DNA from: an uncultured Planctomycetaceae bacterium
GTDB lineage: Bacteria; Planctomycetota; Planctomycetia; Pirellulales; PALSA-1355
Direction: 5' to 3'
Assembly (NCBI GenBank): GCA_963785305.1
Contig: CAWAUV010000008.1
Span: 128,001 to 192,000, forward strand
DNA: 64,000 nucleotides
In this document: in pieces, positions 11,513-24,810 of the stretch
How the letters are laid out: every line of letters begins with the position of its first letter
Numbering within the stretch: the first letter of the stretch is position 1
Position numbers and translations under genes: made by a program
Notes under the pieces: model-generated
What the model was told of the DNA's origin: nothing
What the model saw: the letters and a program-made list of their open reading frames with translations, nothing else
Databases searched by the model: none

Positions 11513-12238
11513 ATGCGCGTCCATCGAATGTTGCCGAAAGGCTCGAGTCTGGTTGGGTTCCTCGCGAGTGCGATTGCGATGTTGCCGGCGATGGTGACTG
11601 TGCGCGCGGCCGACAATAGCCCGCCGCCGGGCTTCGTGGCGCTTTTCGATGGCGTGGATCTCGCCGGCTGGAAGGGGCTGGTCGAGCCGAAGGGTGGGCC
11701 GCCGGCTCGCGCCAAGCTTTCGCCGGAAGCGTTGGCCGAGGCCCAAGCCAAGGCCGATGCCTCGATGCGCGAGCATTGGAAGGCCGCCGACGGCATGCTG
11801 GTGTACGATGGCCACGGCGAGAGCCTTTGCACCGCCAAGGACTACGGCGATTTCGAGCTCTTGGTCGACTGGAAGATTCCCGCCGGGGGCGACAGCGGCG
11901 TCTATCTTCGCGGCACGCCCCAAGTGCAAATCTGGGACACGGCCCTGGTCAAAGTCGTGGCGCAGGTCGGCTCGGGCGGGCTCTACAACAACAAAAACCA
12001 CCCGAACAAGCCGCTCGCCAAGGCCGATAAGCCGGTTGGCGAGTGGAACACGTTTCATATTCGCATGGTGGGCGACAAGGTGACGGTGCGGCTCAACGAC
12101 CAGCTTGTGGTCGACCAAACGCCGCTCGAGAATTATTGGCAGCGCGACCAGCCGCTGCCGGCCACCGGTCAGATCGAATTGCAGAATCATGGCGGACCGC
12201 TGTACTTCAAAAACATCTACCTCAAGGAATTGCCGTAG
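11513..12238 (+). CDS. DUF1080 family protein
   Basis: [38 protein letters not shown] and [17 protein letters not shown]. Confidence 0.88.
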   Translation: MRVHRMLPKGSSLVGFLASAIAMLPAMVTVRAADNSPPPGFVALFDGVDLAGWKGLVEPKGGPPARAKLSPEALAEAQAKADASMREHWKAADGMLVYDGHGESLCTAKDYGDFELLVDWKIPAGGDSGVYLRGTPQVQIWDTALVKVVAQVGSGGLYNNKNHPNKPLAKADKPVGEWNTFHIRMVGDKVTVRLNDQLVVDQTPLENYWQRDQPLPATGQIELQNHGGPLYFKNIYLKELP

Positions 12239-12252
12239 TCGCGGCGAGCACG

Positions 12253-14303
<2,051 letters not shown>

Positions 14304-14345
14304 GCCGATCGCCGATCGCGAGCTTTTCGCCTAGGAACGGACTAC

Positions 14346-15068
14346 ATGGCCCAACAATCGACGGATGCCCGCGTCGAACCGCTCGACGCGCTCGTGATTG
14401 CTCCGCATCCCGACGATGCCGAACTGGGCGCCGGCGGCGCGATCCTCAACATGCTCACCGCCGGTCGACGCGTCGGAGTGCTCGATCTCACCAGCGGCGA
14501 GCCGACTCCCCATGGCTCGCTCGAATTGCGGGCCCAGGAAACCGCCGCCGCCACCGCGATTCTCGGGCTCACCTGGCGCGGGAATCTTGGCCTTCCGAAC
14601 CGCGGCCTCGAGGCGACACTCGAAGCGCGGGCCAAGCTGGCCACCGAATTTCGCCGCTTGCGCCCGCGATGGCTGTTCGCGCCTTATTGGGTCGATGCGC
14701 ACCCGGACCATGTGGCGGCGACCGCGCTGGTCGAGGCGGCGCGGTTCTGGTCGAAGCTCACCAAGACCGACATGCCGCACGCGCCGTTTCATCCGGAGCG
14801 CATTTTCTATTATAGCTGCGTGCATCTTCGCGTCGTCGATCCGCCGGCGTTCGTGCTCGACATCAGCGACGTGTGGCCGAGGAAACTGGCCGCGATCGCT
14901 TGCTATGAAAGCCAGTTCATCACCGGCCGCCCGACGGAGCCGCCGACATTTCTCGACCGCCTCGCGGATCAAGCGGCCTATTGGGGCTGGTCGATCGGCC
15001 GCCGCCATGGCGAATGGTACCAAAGCCGCGAGCCGCTTGGCGTGGGCGGCTTCGAGGCGTTTGTTTAA
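14346..15068 (+). CDS. bshB1: PIG-L/LmbE deacetylase, BshB1-like
   Basis: APHPDDAELG, DLTSGEPTPHG, DAHPDH, DISDVW..K..AI.CYESQF and YWGWSIG. Confidence 0.75.
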   Translation: MAQQSTDARVEPLDALVIAPHPDDAELGAGGAILNMLTAGRRVGVLDLTSGEPTPHGSLELRAQETAAATAILGLTWRGNLGLPNRGLEATLEARAKLATEFRRLRPRWLFAPYWVDAHPDHVAATALVEAARFWSKLTKTDMPHAPFHPERIFYYSCVHLRVVDPPAFVLDISDVWPRKLAAIACYESQFITGRPTEPPTFLDRLADQAAYWGWSIGRRHGEWYQSREPLGVGGFEAFV

Positions 15069-15079
15069 ACGCGGGCCCG

Positions 15080-17478
15080 TCACTCGAAGCTAGAGTTCAA
15101 GCGGATCTTGCCCGTCAGCGCGGGTTTTGCGGGCGCCGAACGCTGCTCGAAATCGATCGCCAACTTCGTGATCTGGTCGTTAGTCACTTCAAGCTCCCAG
15201 ACCGCGAATGCGCCGATGACCTTGTTATTCCCGCGCCCCTTGCCAAAAAAATCGATCCCAGGCGCATCGCCGCTGAACGCGAATCGCGTGGCGCCGGGAT
15301 ACTCGCCTACTTTCAGGAACTGCTTTCTTGGCGCTCCGATTTCGCAATGCCAGCCATCGACCAGGATCGAGACGCCGCGTTGCGACGGGTGGATTTTAAT
15401 CTGGTCGCTGGGGTAATCGTATGTCTTTCCCGCGCCGATGAATTCGCCCCGCGAGCTGATCACCTTCATATACGTCGTGGGCGTCGCGCTGGCGGCCGGC
15501 TTCTGAAAGACGCCCTTGAATGGAAAATCGCCTGACGCCTCCGGTCGGTCCGGTCTCGACGCGTTCGCCGACTCGCTCGGTCTTGCTGGCCTGGCGGGTG
15601 CGGCGGCCACCGGCGCCGCCGGCGTGGCGGGGAGCGAAATCCCGCGGGGGTTGCCCGCCAGACGCGTCAAGTCGACATCGAAACTCAGCACGATTTGCAA
15701 ATCGTCGGGCGCCGTGGCTTCGGAGGATATGGTCAACCTGCTCGACGAGATAAACCCGCGCTGCACGTCGAACGTGAATTTGCCGGATACATCCCCATCA
15801 AGGTGGTCATTACCGGCGTCGCGGCCTTGCACCTTCCCGGTGAAGGTCACCAGTGCTTCCGGTCCATCGGCGGACGCGCGAATTCCTTCGTAGGCGCACG
15901 TCATCACGAGATCGATCACTTTCGCCTTTTTGCCGGTTTTGAGCAGCATCGGCAGTTTGACCGGCCAAGTCTCGCCCCGCGCGACCTTGCGGTTCGGGAT
16001 GATGAACGTCGAGGACTCGTAACCATTGCAAATCTGGGTCATGTACTCGGCGACTCCCTCGCGGAGCGCGGGCGGGAGGCGGGGATTGAGGCTCGTGTCC
16101 GCCCGTTCGCGCAAGCGGTTCGACTCGTCGACCACGAACCGCGGCGGAATGCGTTGCAGTAGCGCCGCAACCTCGGCCGGGGCCGGCGCCGACTTGTCGT
16201 TTTCGACGATGTTCAATTTCGGCTGGCCAAAACCGACGGTTACCAGCGCTCCCTTCGGGTTGGGAGAAAACGACTCGAGTAGATCGATCTCCGACGAGTG
16301 CGCCACGATGTACTGGTTCTTGCCCTGGCTCAGGGCTAACGACTGTGAAGTCTTGAGATGAACAGTGCGCTTTTTTGCTCCGGGAGCTTCGCGCTCAATT
16401 CGGCGGCGACCCGTTCCACGGCCTGGCTGGCGTCGAATGCCCGCGGCGCCCCCCAGACCGCAGCGCCTTTGGCAAACGTGAGCACCGGCTGGACCCAGGC
16501 GACTTGCCCGGACTTCAGCTTCGGCAGCGGGACGTCGCCATGGGCAATGTTCTTCGCATAGTCCAGCGAAACGCTCGCCCGCGGTCCGTCGTCGGGCAAC
16601 GGTTTCGCTTCCTTCGACGAAAACGCCCGATGCTCCTCGGGCTTGCCGGCCCAAACCTCGACGCGCATATCGTGAATCCTTTGGAACGGATCGAGACATT
16701 TGTATTCGAGCGGCACGCGCACGCCGCCTTTGTCGCGAAACGGTTGGTCGGACCGGGCTTCGAGGATGTTTCCGGCCAGCAGCGCCCTGACGATGTGTCC
16801 CGGGATCGCGAAGTTGATCTGCGTGTTGCGAAGAATCGCGACGGACACGCCGATCACATGTCCCTCGGCATCGACGACCGGTCCGCCCGAATTGCCGGGA
16901 TGCATGCCGCCGTTGACCTGGATCTGCCGTAATTCACCGTGCGCGTCGGTGCGCAAGCTCGACACCGACGATTCGCTCACCGTGATGTTCTTGCCCAGCT
17001 CGGTTCCAAAAGGGAAGCCGAAGATGTAGACCTTTTGCGTTTCGATCAAGTCTTCCGATCTGCCGAATAGCAGCGACGCCGGGGGCGCCTGATCCCCTTC
17101 CGCCATCAGGACCGCGACGTCGTTCGAGCGATCGATGCCCAGCAACGTGCCTGGCAATTGAGTCTCGTTGGCGGCGCCGGAATTGACGATCACTTCGATC
17201 TTGGCCGGCGGTTTGCTGTTGGCCCGCAACATTCCAAGCACATGCGCGTTGGTGACGACGACCCCTCGCCCGATGGCGAAGAAGCCGCTTCCTTCGAGTC
17301 GCTGATTGTGTTCGTCCGTCACCCGCAGCAAAACCGTGGCTTGTTTCACCCGTCGCACGGCGTTTGCCGCGATGCCGCTCGACGGCGCGGGCGCGGCTTC
17401 GGCGCGCACGGCCCGGGGGATGTCCGCCGCCAAACCGAGAACAACAACGCAAATCGTCCAACAGCGACGGCTACCCAT
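15080..17478 (-). CDS. Secreted trypsin-like (S1C) serine protease with long C-terminal extension (frameshift ~16360)
   Basis: Signal peptide, GSGF, TNAHV, DVAVL, GFPFG and PGNSGGP in ORF 16336..17532; continues in ORF 15080..16699. Confidence 0.85.
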
Positions 17479-17850
17479 GGTTTGCCTCTTAACACGAATG
17501 ATGCAAATTCGGCTTAAATCCGCGTTTCGCAATGTCTTTCAAAGTATCGCGGCCCTGGGCGATACTCAAGCCGTGGCGGCGCGAGGGCGGCTACTCCTGA
17601 TAGCCCGCCACCGGTGCGCGACATGGCGCCGTAATGCATATTCCTCCCAGCCTCCGCGCTAGCGGCGGCCTTGCTGGCACGGGGCGCCCGCGCTTCCCGG
17701 GGCGCCGGCGTTGGAGAACGGCGCCGGTTGTGCCGATAAAGCAAAGGGCGCCGAGAAGGCAGACTTCAACGCGCACTTATTCGATGCGCGTTCGTTTCGC
17801 TTGTGGTATCGCAAGCGCTCGATCGCGCAAAAGGCTGGGGGGCCTGATCG

Positions 17851-18891
17851 ATGCGTTTCTTGCCGCGCGCCGCGCTGATGGCGCACATGCTGCTGGCTGG
17901 CTTCGGGTGTTCACTCATTCCCGATGTCGCGCACCAGCCGACGGTCCACAATCCGTTTCCGCAGCTCTCGAAGGTGGCGGTCGCGCCGTTCTTTAATCTC
18001 AGCGCCGAGCCGACGGTCGATGGCCGGCAATTCGCGCTCGCCTATTTCAATGAGTTGCAGACCATTCCGGGTTATGAGGTCGTTCCGATCGGCACGACCG
18101 AGAAAACCATCGAAGCCTATCGGCTCAAGATCGACAATCCGCAAGATGTGCGGAAGTTGGCGCAAATCCTGGGCGTCGATGCCGTGGTGGTGGGCGCGGT
18201 GACGGACTACACGCCCTTTTACCCACCACGAGTCGCGATGCAGGTCGAATGGTATGCGGCCAATCCGTATTTCCATCCGATTCCCGCGGGCTATGGCTTG
18301 CCGTGGGGCACGCGCGAGGAAGAGATGATTCCGGCGCCGCTGGTGCAGCAAGCGGAGATGGCGCTGGCTCAGGCGCAGATGCGCACTCAGACTCCGCCCT
18401 ACAAACCGTTGCCGATCCCGCCGCCCATGGCGCTGCCGCCCGAGAAGATGCCGCCGGCCGATTCAAACGCGATTCCGGTTCCGGATGGCGAGGGTGATTT
18501 GAGCGAGAAAAAGAAGGGCGATGTGCGGCTGATGAGCGCTACAATCCCGTTGGACGGCGCAACCGGAGAGGGCTTGCCGGAAAATTGGCCCGATCCGCGG
18601 GGCTTCATTCCGCCTGGTCCGAGCGCTTGTCCGCCGGAGCAGATACTCTCGAACGAGCCGGTGCTCAAGCATACCAACGCTTACAACGGCCACGACAGTT
18701 CCGTGACGGAAGCCTTGGCCAGCTATTACTTTTTTCAAGACGATACACGCGCCGGCGACTGGCAATCGTATCTGCGGCGCAGCGACGACTTCATCCGATT
18801 TTGCTGTCACCTGCACATCTACGAGATGCTCAGTGCGCGCGGCGGAGCCGGAGAAACCAGAGTAGTGTGGAGGTGGCACACCGACCGATAA
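17851..18891 (+). CDS. Hypothetical lipoprotein (curli CsgG/TolB-N-like fold suspected)
   Basis: Lipobox-like LAGFGC; 'VAVAPFFNLS...RKLAQILGVDAVVVGAVTDY'; Pro-rich linker. Confidence 0.65.
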   Translation: MRFLPRAALMAHMLLAGFGCSLIPDVAHQPTVHNPFPQLSKVAVAPFFNLSAEPTVDGRQFALAYFNELQTIPGYEVVPIGTTEKTIEAYRLKIDNPQDVRKLAQILGVDAVVVGAVTDYTPFYPPRVAMQVEWYAANPYFHPIPAGYGLPWGTREEEMIPAPLVQQAEMALAQAQMRTQTPPYKPLPIPPPMALPPEKMPPADSNAIPVPDGEGDLSEKKKGDVRLMSATIPLDGATGEGLPENWPDPRGFIPPGPSACPPEQILSNEPVLKHTNAYNGHDSSVTEALASYYFFQDDTRAGDWQSYLRRSDDFIRFCCHLHIYEMLSARGGAGETRVVWRWHTDR

Positions 18892-18979
18892 CATCCCTGT
18901 CATTTATCCCACCTCGAGTCGCTGCCACGGACCGCTCGGACGACCTCCAAACCGGAGTTGCCCGACGAAGGAGAAAAGC

Positions 18980-19228
18980 GTGAACCAGGACATCAATGTC
19001 TTAGCGTTGGTCAAGGGAACCGAGCGCTACGTGTTTCTATACGACGACGCAAGCCGCGCGGAAACGCTCCGCACCCTGGGTCGCTTCGCCTCGAATCCCG
19101 AGCTCAGTTTCTCCTGGTACGACGCCGCGGTGCTCAGCCAAAAAGTGCGGCAAACCACCCCGCACTCCCCGCCGCGAGCCCGCCGTTTCGATATGACCTC
19201 CCTGCTCGGCAGCGACGAAGTGCTGTAA
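18980..19228 (+). CDS. Small conserved hypothetical protein (planctomycete-type)
   Basis: AAGGAG RBS, GTG start, '[20 protein letters not shown]...[12 protein letters not shown]'; ends 4 nt before xerC. Confidence 0.75.
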   Translation: MNQDINVLALVKGTERYVFLYDDASRAETLRTLGRFASNPELSFSWYDAAVLSQKVRQTTPHSPPRARRFDMTSLLGSDEVL

Positions 19229-19232
19229 TAGC

Positions 19233-20159
19233 GTGATATCGCTGGCAACCGCTATCGATCGCTTTTTGCAATATCTGCGGGTCGAGCGAAACGCTTCCGA
19301 CCTCACGGTCAAAAGCTATCGCGAGGACTTCGCGGGACTCGTCGAATATTTGGTCCAGTCGCTCGGCGACGACGCGGCTCGGGGCGCTCCGCTGGCGCCG
19401 GCCGAAGTCACGACCTTCGAGCTCCGCGGTTATGTCGCCGCGCTGCACGACGCCGGCTATGCCAAGACCACCATCGCTCGCCGGTTGGCCTCGCTGCGCA
19501 GTTTGTTTCGGTTCGGCCAGCGCGAAGGTTGGTCGGAAGCCAACCCGGCCAAGCCGCTCCGCAATCCGCGCAAGAATCGCGACCTGCCCCACTTTCTTTC
19601 CTCGGCCGACGTGCTTCGCTTGCTGGCGGCCCCGCCCGGAGATGAGCCGCTGGGCCTGCGCGACCGCGCTATTTTAGAGACCCTGTATTCGGCCGGCCTC
19701 CGCGTGAGCGAGCTTGTCGGCCTTTCGCTCGGCGATCAAGACTTCGACGCCGAGCTGCTTCGAGTGCGCGGCAAGGGGCGCCGCGAGCGCATGGCCCCGC
19801 TCGGTTCCCACGCCATCGCCGCGCAGCGCGCGTGGCTGGCGGTGCGCGTCGTGTCGCCGAAAGAGCCGTCGGGTCCGCAGTCGCCTGTCTTCGTCAGCCG
19901 CCTTGGCCGAAGACTTACGACTCGGAGCGTGGCGAGGATGCTCGAAAAGCATCTCCGCGCGGCGGGCCTCGATGGCCGCACGACCCCACACACGCTGCGG
20001 CACAGCTTTGCCACGCACCTGCTCGACAACGGGGCCGATATTCGCAGCGTGCAAGAATTGCTCGGCCACAAAAGCCTCAACACCACGCAAATCTACACCC
20101 ATCTAACCACGGCGGCCTTGCGCACCGCTTATGAGCGAGCGCATCCGCGGGCCAAATGA
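19233..20159 (+). CDS. xerC: Tyrosine recombinase XerC
   Basis: [40 protein letters not shown] and VQELLGH..L.TTQIYTH...AYERAHPRA. Confidence 0.9.
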   Translation: MISLATAIDRFLQYLRVERNASDLTVKSYREDFAGLVEYLVQSLGDDAARGAPLAPAEVTTFELRGYVAALHDAGYAKTTIARRLASLRSLFRFGQREGWSEANPAKPLRNPRKNRDLPHFLSSADVLRLLAAPPGDEPLGLRDRAILETLYSAGLRVSELVGLSLGDQDFDAELLRVRGKGRRERMAPLGSHAIAAQRAWLAVRVVSPKEPSGPQSPVFVSRLGRRLTTRSVARMLEKHLRAAGLDGRTTPHTLRHSFATHLLDNGADIRSVQELLGHKSLNTTQIYTHLTTAALRTAYERAHPRAK

Positions 20160-20197
20160 ACACGATTTGCCGGTGACGAACACGGAGCCCGCTCTCT

Positions 20198-21774
20198 TTA
20201 ACGGCGCCGCAAAACGAGCGTGGCCCAAGCGCCGGACACGCGAGCGGCGAGCTGCTGGCCGATAAACTCGGCTTGCCCAGCAAATGGCCGACCCTGGTTG
20301 CTCTCCAGCGACGCAATCGCGATCGCCGAGAAATCGGCTCCGCGCCGCGCTGCCGGGCCCGACCACACAATCAGCGAATCGCCCATGCGAAAACGAAGCG
20401 TTTGCGCGAGCGCGATCGTCGTCTCGTCGCTCGCGAGCGCGGGCTCGTCCGACATCCAGCAGCGAGCGTTTGGGGTTCGGCCGGCCGCGACAAAGGCGAG
20501 CCCCACATTGCCGACGAGCGCGCCGCGGAGCAGTCCGTGATGGGTGTCGAGTTTCAGATACGCGAGGCCGCCGCGGGCATCGCCGGCGTCGAGCGCCGAA
20601 GCGCGGCGTTGGCGCGGCGGATCACGTCGTCGGGTAGCGCGTCGCAACTCGACGCGGCACGGGCCGCGCTGCGCAACGCGGCTTCGACCGCTTGCGCGGC
20701 GTGGCCCTGGGCACGGCCAGCGGTGAACGCCATGTGATCGCTCGACACGGCGAACCAGTCGATCCAGGCCGCGGCGTCGGAAGTCACGCTCGGCAATTGC
20801 CAAGCAGCGGCTTCCCAGCCGTCGAGCAACAGCGGCGGCAGCCGATGCGATGGCGCGGCCGCGGCCGCGGCCGGTGGAGCGGCGTGCGTCTCCGCGCTGG
20901 CCGGCGCCGCGCTGGCTTCTTCCGTTTCGCGAGCGCGAAGGCGCTCGACTTCGCCGAGCAGCATTTCACGTTCGAGATCCGCGGCCACGCGTCCTGCGAC
21001 CACTTCGAGCAGATTGGTTTCTTCGCTGGAAAAATCGCGTTGCTCGCTCGAAAACACCCAGAGCGTGCCGAGCGGATTCGTGGGCGACGACACCGGCACG
21101 CAAGCCGCGGCCGCGCATGGCTGGGGCACCTTCCAGAACTCAAAGAGCCGCTGGTCGTTGATCACAACCGCGTGTCCGAGCAGCGCTTCGAGATCGGCCG
21201 CGGCGCCACGCAGCGCCCGGGCAGGCTCGAGCAGCGCACGGCGCGGCATTCCCCAGCTTGCTCGGAGCTTGAGCTGCGACGTGCCTTCGTCGAGCAAGTA
21301 CAATGCGGCCGACTGGCAGCGAACGCCCTCGGCGCCGGCGCCGAGGGCGGCTTCGAGCCGCTCGGCCAAATGCGTGGTTTCGTCAGTCCGCTTCGAGACC
21401 GGCACTCCCGCCGCGAGCTCGGCTTCCGCTCGCCACAGGGCTTCGCGAGTCGCCAGCAATTCGCCCCAGAGCTCGCCGAGCGCCGTGGCCATGACTTTGC
21501 TCTTGGCTAGGCTCACGCGAGTCGAAGATTCCTCGCCTTCGCGCGACTCGATTCGAATATGGCCGAGAGTGGCTCCCTTGCCCGGCGAGACCGGGGCGGA
21601 CCATTTCGAATGCGAGTCGGGCTTGACGTTACCCGCGCCAAAGGCAAGATTCCAACCGGTGCAGGTGGTAAAGGCTTCGCGGCAGGAGTTCCACAGGGCC
21701 AGATCATCGTCGACCGGAGCGGGGGAATCGCCTTCGGAAAGTAGTCGCAGATAGGCGGGAATCGACTTGTTCAC
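20198..21774 (-). CDS. GAF domain plus degenerate SpoIIE/PP2C-like protein (frameshift ~20590)
   Basis: GAF (AALYLLDEG..LKLRASWG, CVPVSS..PLGTLWVF..RDFSSEE..LLE), then PP2C-like 'WIDWF...FTAGRAQGH' and 'GDSLIVWSG' in ORF 20198..20803. Confidence 0.65.
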
Positions 21775-22185
21775 GGCGGCGCCTGAGTCCGGAAGAGGGG
21801 CGAAGCGATGATGACCTTCCTTGAACGCAAACCTGCCCGAGCCGCATGCGACCCGTCCGACGACCACGCCCCGGCAAAGGCGCCGCCGCCGAAAATCTTC
21901 CTTGATCGGCAGAGTTACCATCGACCGACGACTTGCTTGGCTTGACCGAGGTGTGAAAAAATGCCGAAGATGCGGGAGATGCGGCGCGCTCGCCGGTCCG
22001 ATCGCGATTGCGCGCGGTGAAACACCCTCGCGGCGATCGAGGCCGTAGCGAGTGGCTTCGCATCGTATCGTGTGTCGCTCAAGAACCCAAATGATTTCAA
22101 GCCCGGTCGCGCCGTGCTCGGGGAGAACTTTCGTGATTGAAACTTCGGGCGAGGCCCGTTCGTCGCCCCCGCCGCGGGCCGGCCA

Positions 22186-23037
22186 TTGGCGCTGCGCACA
22201 CGAATGCTGTTTTTTCCGCGGCGACCGCTTGTGATGGGTATTCTCAATGTGACGCCCGATAGCTTTTCCGACGGCGGCCGCTTTCACGGCGTTGCTCAAG
22301 CGATCGAGCAGGCGCGAGCGCTCACTGAGGCCGGGGCCGACATCCTGGATATCGGCGGCGAGAGCACGCGTCCCGGGAGCGAGCCGGTGTCGGCCGAGGA
22401 AGAAATGCGGCGAGTCGCGCCGGTGATCGAATCGCTGGGGCCCGACTGGCCGACGCCGATCTCGATCGACACTTCGAAGGCGAGCGTCGCCCGCGCCGCG
22501 CTCGCCGCCGGCGCCGAGATCATCAACGACGTGACCGGACTCGAAGGCGACCCGGCGATGCTCGAGCTCGCGCGCGACTCGGGCGCGGGAGTTTGTGCCA
22601 TGCACATGCGCGGCAAGCCCCGCACCATGCAAGACGACCCGCGCTACGACGATGTGGCGCGCGAAGTAATCGCGTATCTGGCCGCGCGGCGCGCGGCGCT
22701 CATTGCCGCCGGCATTGCCGCCGATCGGGTGGTGCTCGATCCCGGAATCGGCTTTGGCAAGACCCATGAGCACAACCTGGCGCTCTTGGCCGCCTGCCAC
22801 CATCTGCACAAGCTCGGTTCGCCGATTGTGGTCGGACATTCGCGCAAAGGGTTCATCTCGCATGTGCTGAAGAGTAAGACGACCGATCGATTGGCCGGCG
22901 GCTTGGGCGTGTCGCTGGCGCTGGCCGTGCAAGGAGTGCAGGTGGTGCGAGTACACGATGTCGCCGAGACGCGCCAGGCATTCGAACTCTTCGAGGCTGC
23001 CGGTGGTTTTAGAAGCGCCAGCCAGGGGACCGCATGA
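22186..23037 (+). CDS. folP: Dihydropteroate synthase (true start uncertain)
   Basis: VMGILNVTPDSFSDGG, DIGGESTRPG, ISIDT, DPGIGFGK, GHSRK and RVHDV. Confidence 0.95.
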   Translation: MALRTRMLFFPRRPLVMGILNVTPDSFSDGGRFHGVAQAIEQARALTEAGADILDIGGESTRPGSEPVSAEEEMRRVAPVIESLGPDWPTPISIDTSKASVARAALAAGAEIINDVTGLEGDPAMLELARDSGAGVCAMHMRGKPRTMQDDPRYDDVAREVIAYLAARRAALIAAGIAADRVVLDPGIGFGKTHEHNLALLAACHHLHKLGSPIVVGHSRKGFISHVLKSKTTDRLAGGLGVSLALAVQGVQVVRVHDVAETRQAFELFEAAGGFRSASQGTA

Positions 23038-23269
23038 CGGCCGGCCTTGGGCGGACAGGCTAAACCGGCAAAAATGCCTGCCTGGATTACGATTTCGTTG
23101 GTTTCGCGGAATCGCAGCATCCCCGCGGTGGCGGCGGGGTTAAAGCATTTGTCGCGGCGGTTCCAGCAAAAACGACGATGCGATCCGCTTCCACCGCCGG
23201 GGCGGACCGAACTGCGAATTTCTTGGAGTGCTTGGGCATGGCTCGTGAATGTATACCCGTGGGCGCGCA

Positions 23270-23775
23270 ATGCGGCTGCTTATCGCGGTCGCTGGGCTGC
23301 TGGCGGCATCGACCGCCGAGGCAGCCAAGGGGGTGAAGAAGGTGGCCGGCGCCGGTGGGCAACAGACGCACACCGGCGAGATCGTGAGCGTGTCGCACAA
23401 AAACGGCGTCGGCACGTTTCATTTGCGGCTTGCGCGAAATCACAAGAAACTCGGCCAAGCCGCCGGCGCGGGCGCGGCGGACGCAGCGAGGAATTTCATG
23501 TCACCGGCGCCACCCGATTCACCGGCGGTCAGGGCGGCGGCGCCTTCGGCTTGGCCTCGCTCCATCGCGGAGAACGAGTGCAGGTGCGGGCCGTCAATCA
23601 TCAGGCCGAAACCGTGCATCTCCTCGGGCACCACAATTCCACCGGCCGGTATCACCACCACTATCGCCGCGGTTCATACAACCGCTACCACCGCGCCGGC
23701 TATATTCAGCATCACTCGGCCAAGCATAGTGTGAGCCATCATCGTGGTTCGCATCATCATGGGCACAAGAAATAA
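23270..23775 (+). CDS. Small secreted protein with His/Arg/Tyr-rich C-terminal tail (frameshift ~23490)
   Basis: Signal MRLLIAVAGLLAASTAEA in ORF 23249..23734; continues as FHVTGATRF...GERVQV...HHHGHKK in ORF 23047..23775. Confidence 0.6.
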
Positions 23776-23817
23776 GGCCAGCGCGACGAGCGCTTCTCTT
23801 GGAGGAGATTTCACATC

Positions 23818-24810
23818 ATGGCGGGCATGGCAGCGTGGATCGTGGTTTGTGTCGCGGCAATCGGCGCCGACGTGGTCAAGGACATGTCGCGACTGTCGAT
23901 TCGCGGCCATACCGATGTGGTCAATGCCGTGGCGTTCTCGCCCGACGGGTATCATTTGGCTTCGGCCAGCGATGACGACACGGTAAGAATCGTCGACCCG
24001 TCCAATGGCAAGTTGACGCAGCGACTGCTCGGACACGCCGACTCGGTGCTCGGAGTCGTTTATTCGCCCGATGGCGCGAAGATCGCCACCGCCAGCGCCG
24101 ATGCGACGGCAAAGGTCTGGAACGTGGCCGATGGCAAACTGCTTGGCACACTCTCGGGCCACGGCGATTCCGTGAACAGTGTCGCGTTTTCGCCCGACGG
24201 CAAGCTTTTGGCCACCGGCAGCGACGACGATCTCGTCAAGCTCTGGGACACGGAAACATTCAAGGAGGTCGCCTCGCTCAAGGGGCACGCCGACTCGGTG
24301 AATGGAGTCGCGTTTTCGCCCGACGGAGCGTTTCTGGTTTCGGGTGGATCGGACAATGCGGTTCGGCTCTGGAATGTTGCGCGGAAGCAGCCGATTTGGA
24401 CCGTGAGCGCTCATGCCGACACGGTCAACGCGGTGGCGTTTTCGCCCGATGGCGAGCAGGTCGCCTCGGCCAGCCAAGACGAAACAGTGAAAATCTGGAA
24501 CACGGCCGATGGCGACGCGGTCGCCACGCTCGAAGGGCATGACAGCCCGGTGAACACGGTCGCCTACAACCACGAAGGCAATCTCTTGGCCACGGGCAGC
24601 GATGACCACACCATCAAGATTTGGGACCTCGACGAAGCCAAGGAATTGGCGACGCTCGAGGGACACACCGAACTTGTGAGCGAAGTGACATTCTCGCCCG
24701 ACGATGCTCTCATCGCCAGCAGCAGCGACGACCAGACAGTGAAGATTTGGAAAACTCCCAAGGCGCCGAGCAGCACGCCAGCGCCCAAGCGAACGACGGT
24801 TCCAAGGTGA
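23818..24810 (+). CDS. WD40-repeat (seven-bladed) protein
   Basis: Seven GH..xV..VAFSPDG..LA(S/T).S.D.T(V/I)K(I/L)W repeats; GGAGGAG RBS; hydrophobic N-terminus. Confidence 0.92.
   Translation: MAGMAAWIVVCVAAIGADVVKDMSRLSIRGHTDVVNAVAFSPDGYHLASASDDDTVRIVDPSNGKLTQRLLGHADSVLGVVYSPDGAKIATASADATAKVWNVADGKLLGTLSGHGDSVNSVAFSPDGKLLATGSDDDLVKLWDTETFKEVASLKGHADSVNGVAFSPDGAFLVSGGSDNAVRLWNVARKQPIWTVSAHADTVNAVAFSPDGEQVASASQDETVKIWNTADGDAVATLEGHDSPVNTVAYNHEGNLLATGSDDHTIKIWDLDEAKELATLEGHTELVSEVTFSPDDALIASSSDDQTVKIWKTPKAPSSTPAPKRTTVPR

Noticed and set aside
19233..20159. Prophage or island integrase
   Set aside because: XerC-type length and C-terminal HPRA motif, with no phage genes, att-like repeats or tRNA nearby.
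20554..22956. 800-aa minus-strand ORF
   Set aside because: The N-terminal half is the antisense shadow of folP; only the part from 21774 down is protein-like.
23233..23250. Additional sigma54-like motifs (here, ~17624 and ~51925)
   Set aside because: They lack the -12 GC or have the wrong spacing, so they were not counted.
23818..24810. CRISPR-like periodic DNA repeats
   Set aside because: The periodicity is ~126-nt WD40 coding repeats with synonymous variation, not repeat-spacer structure.
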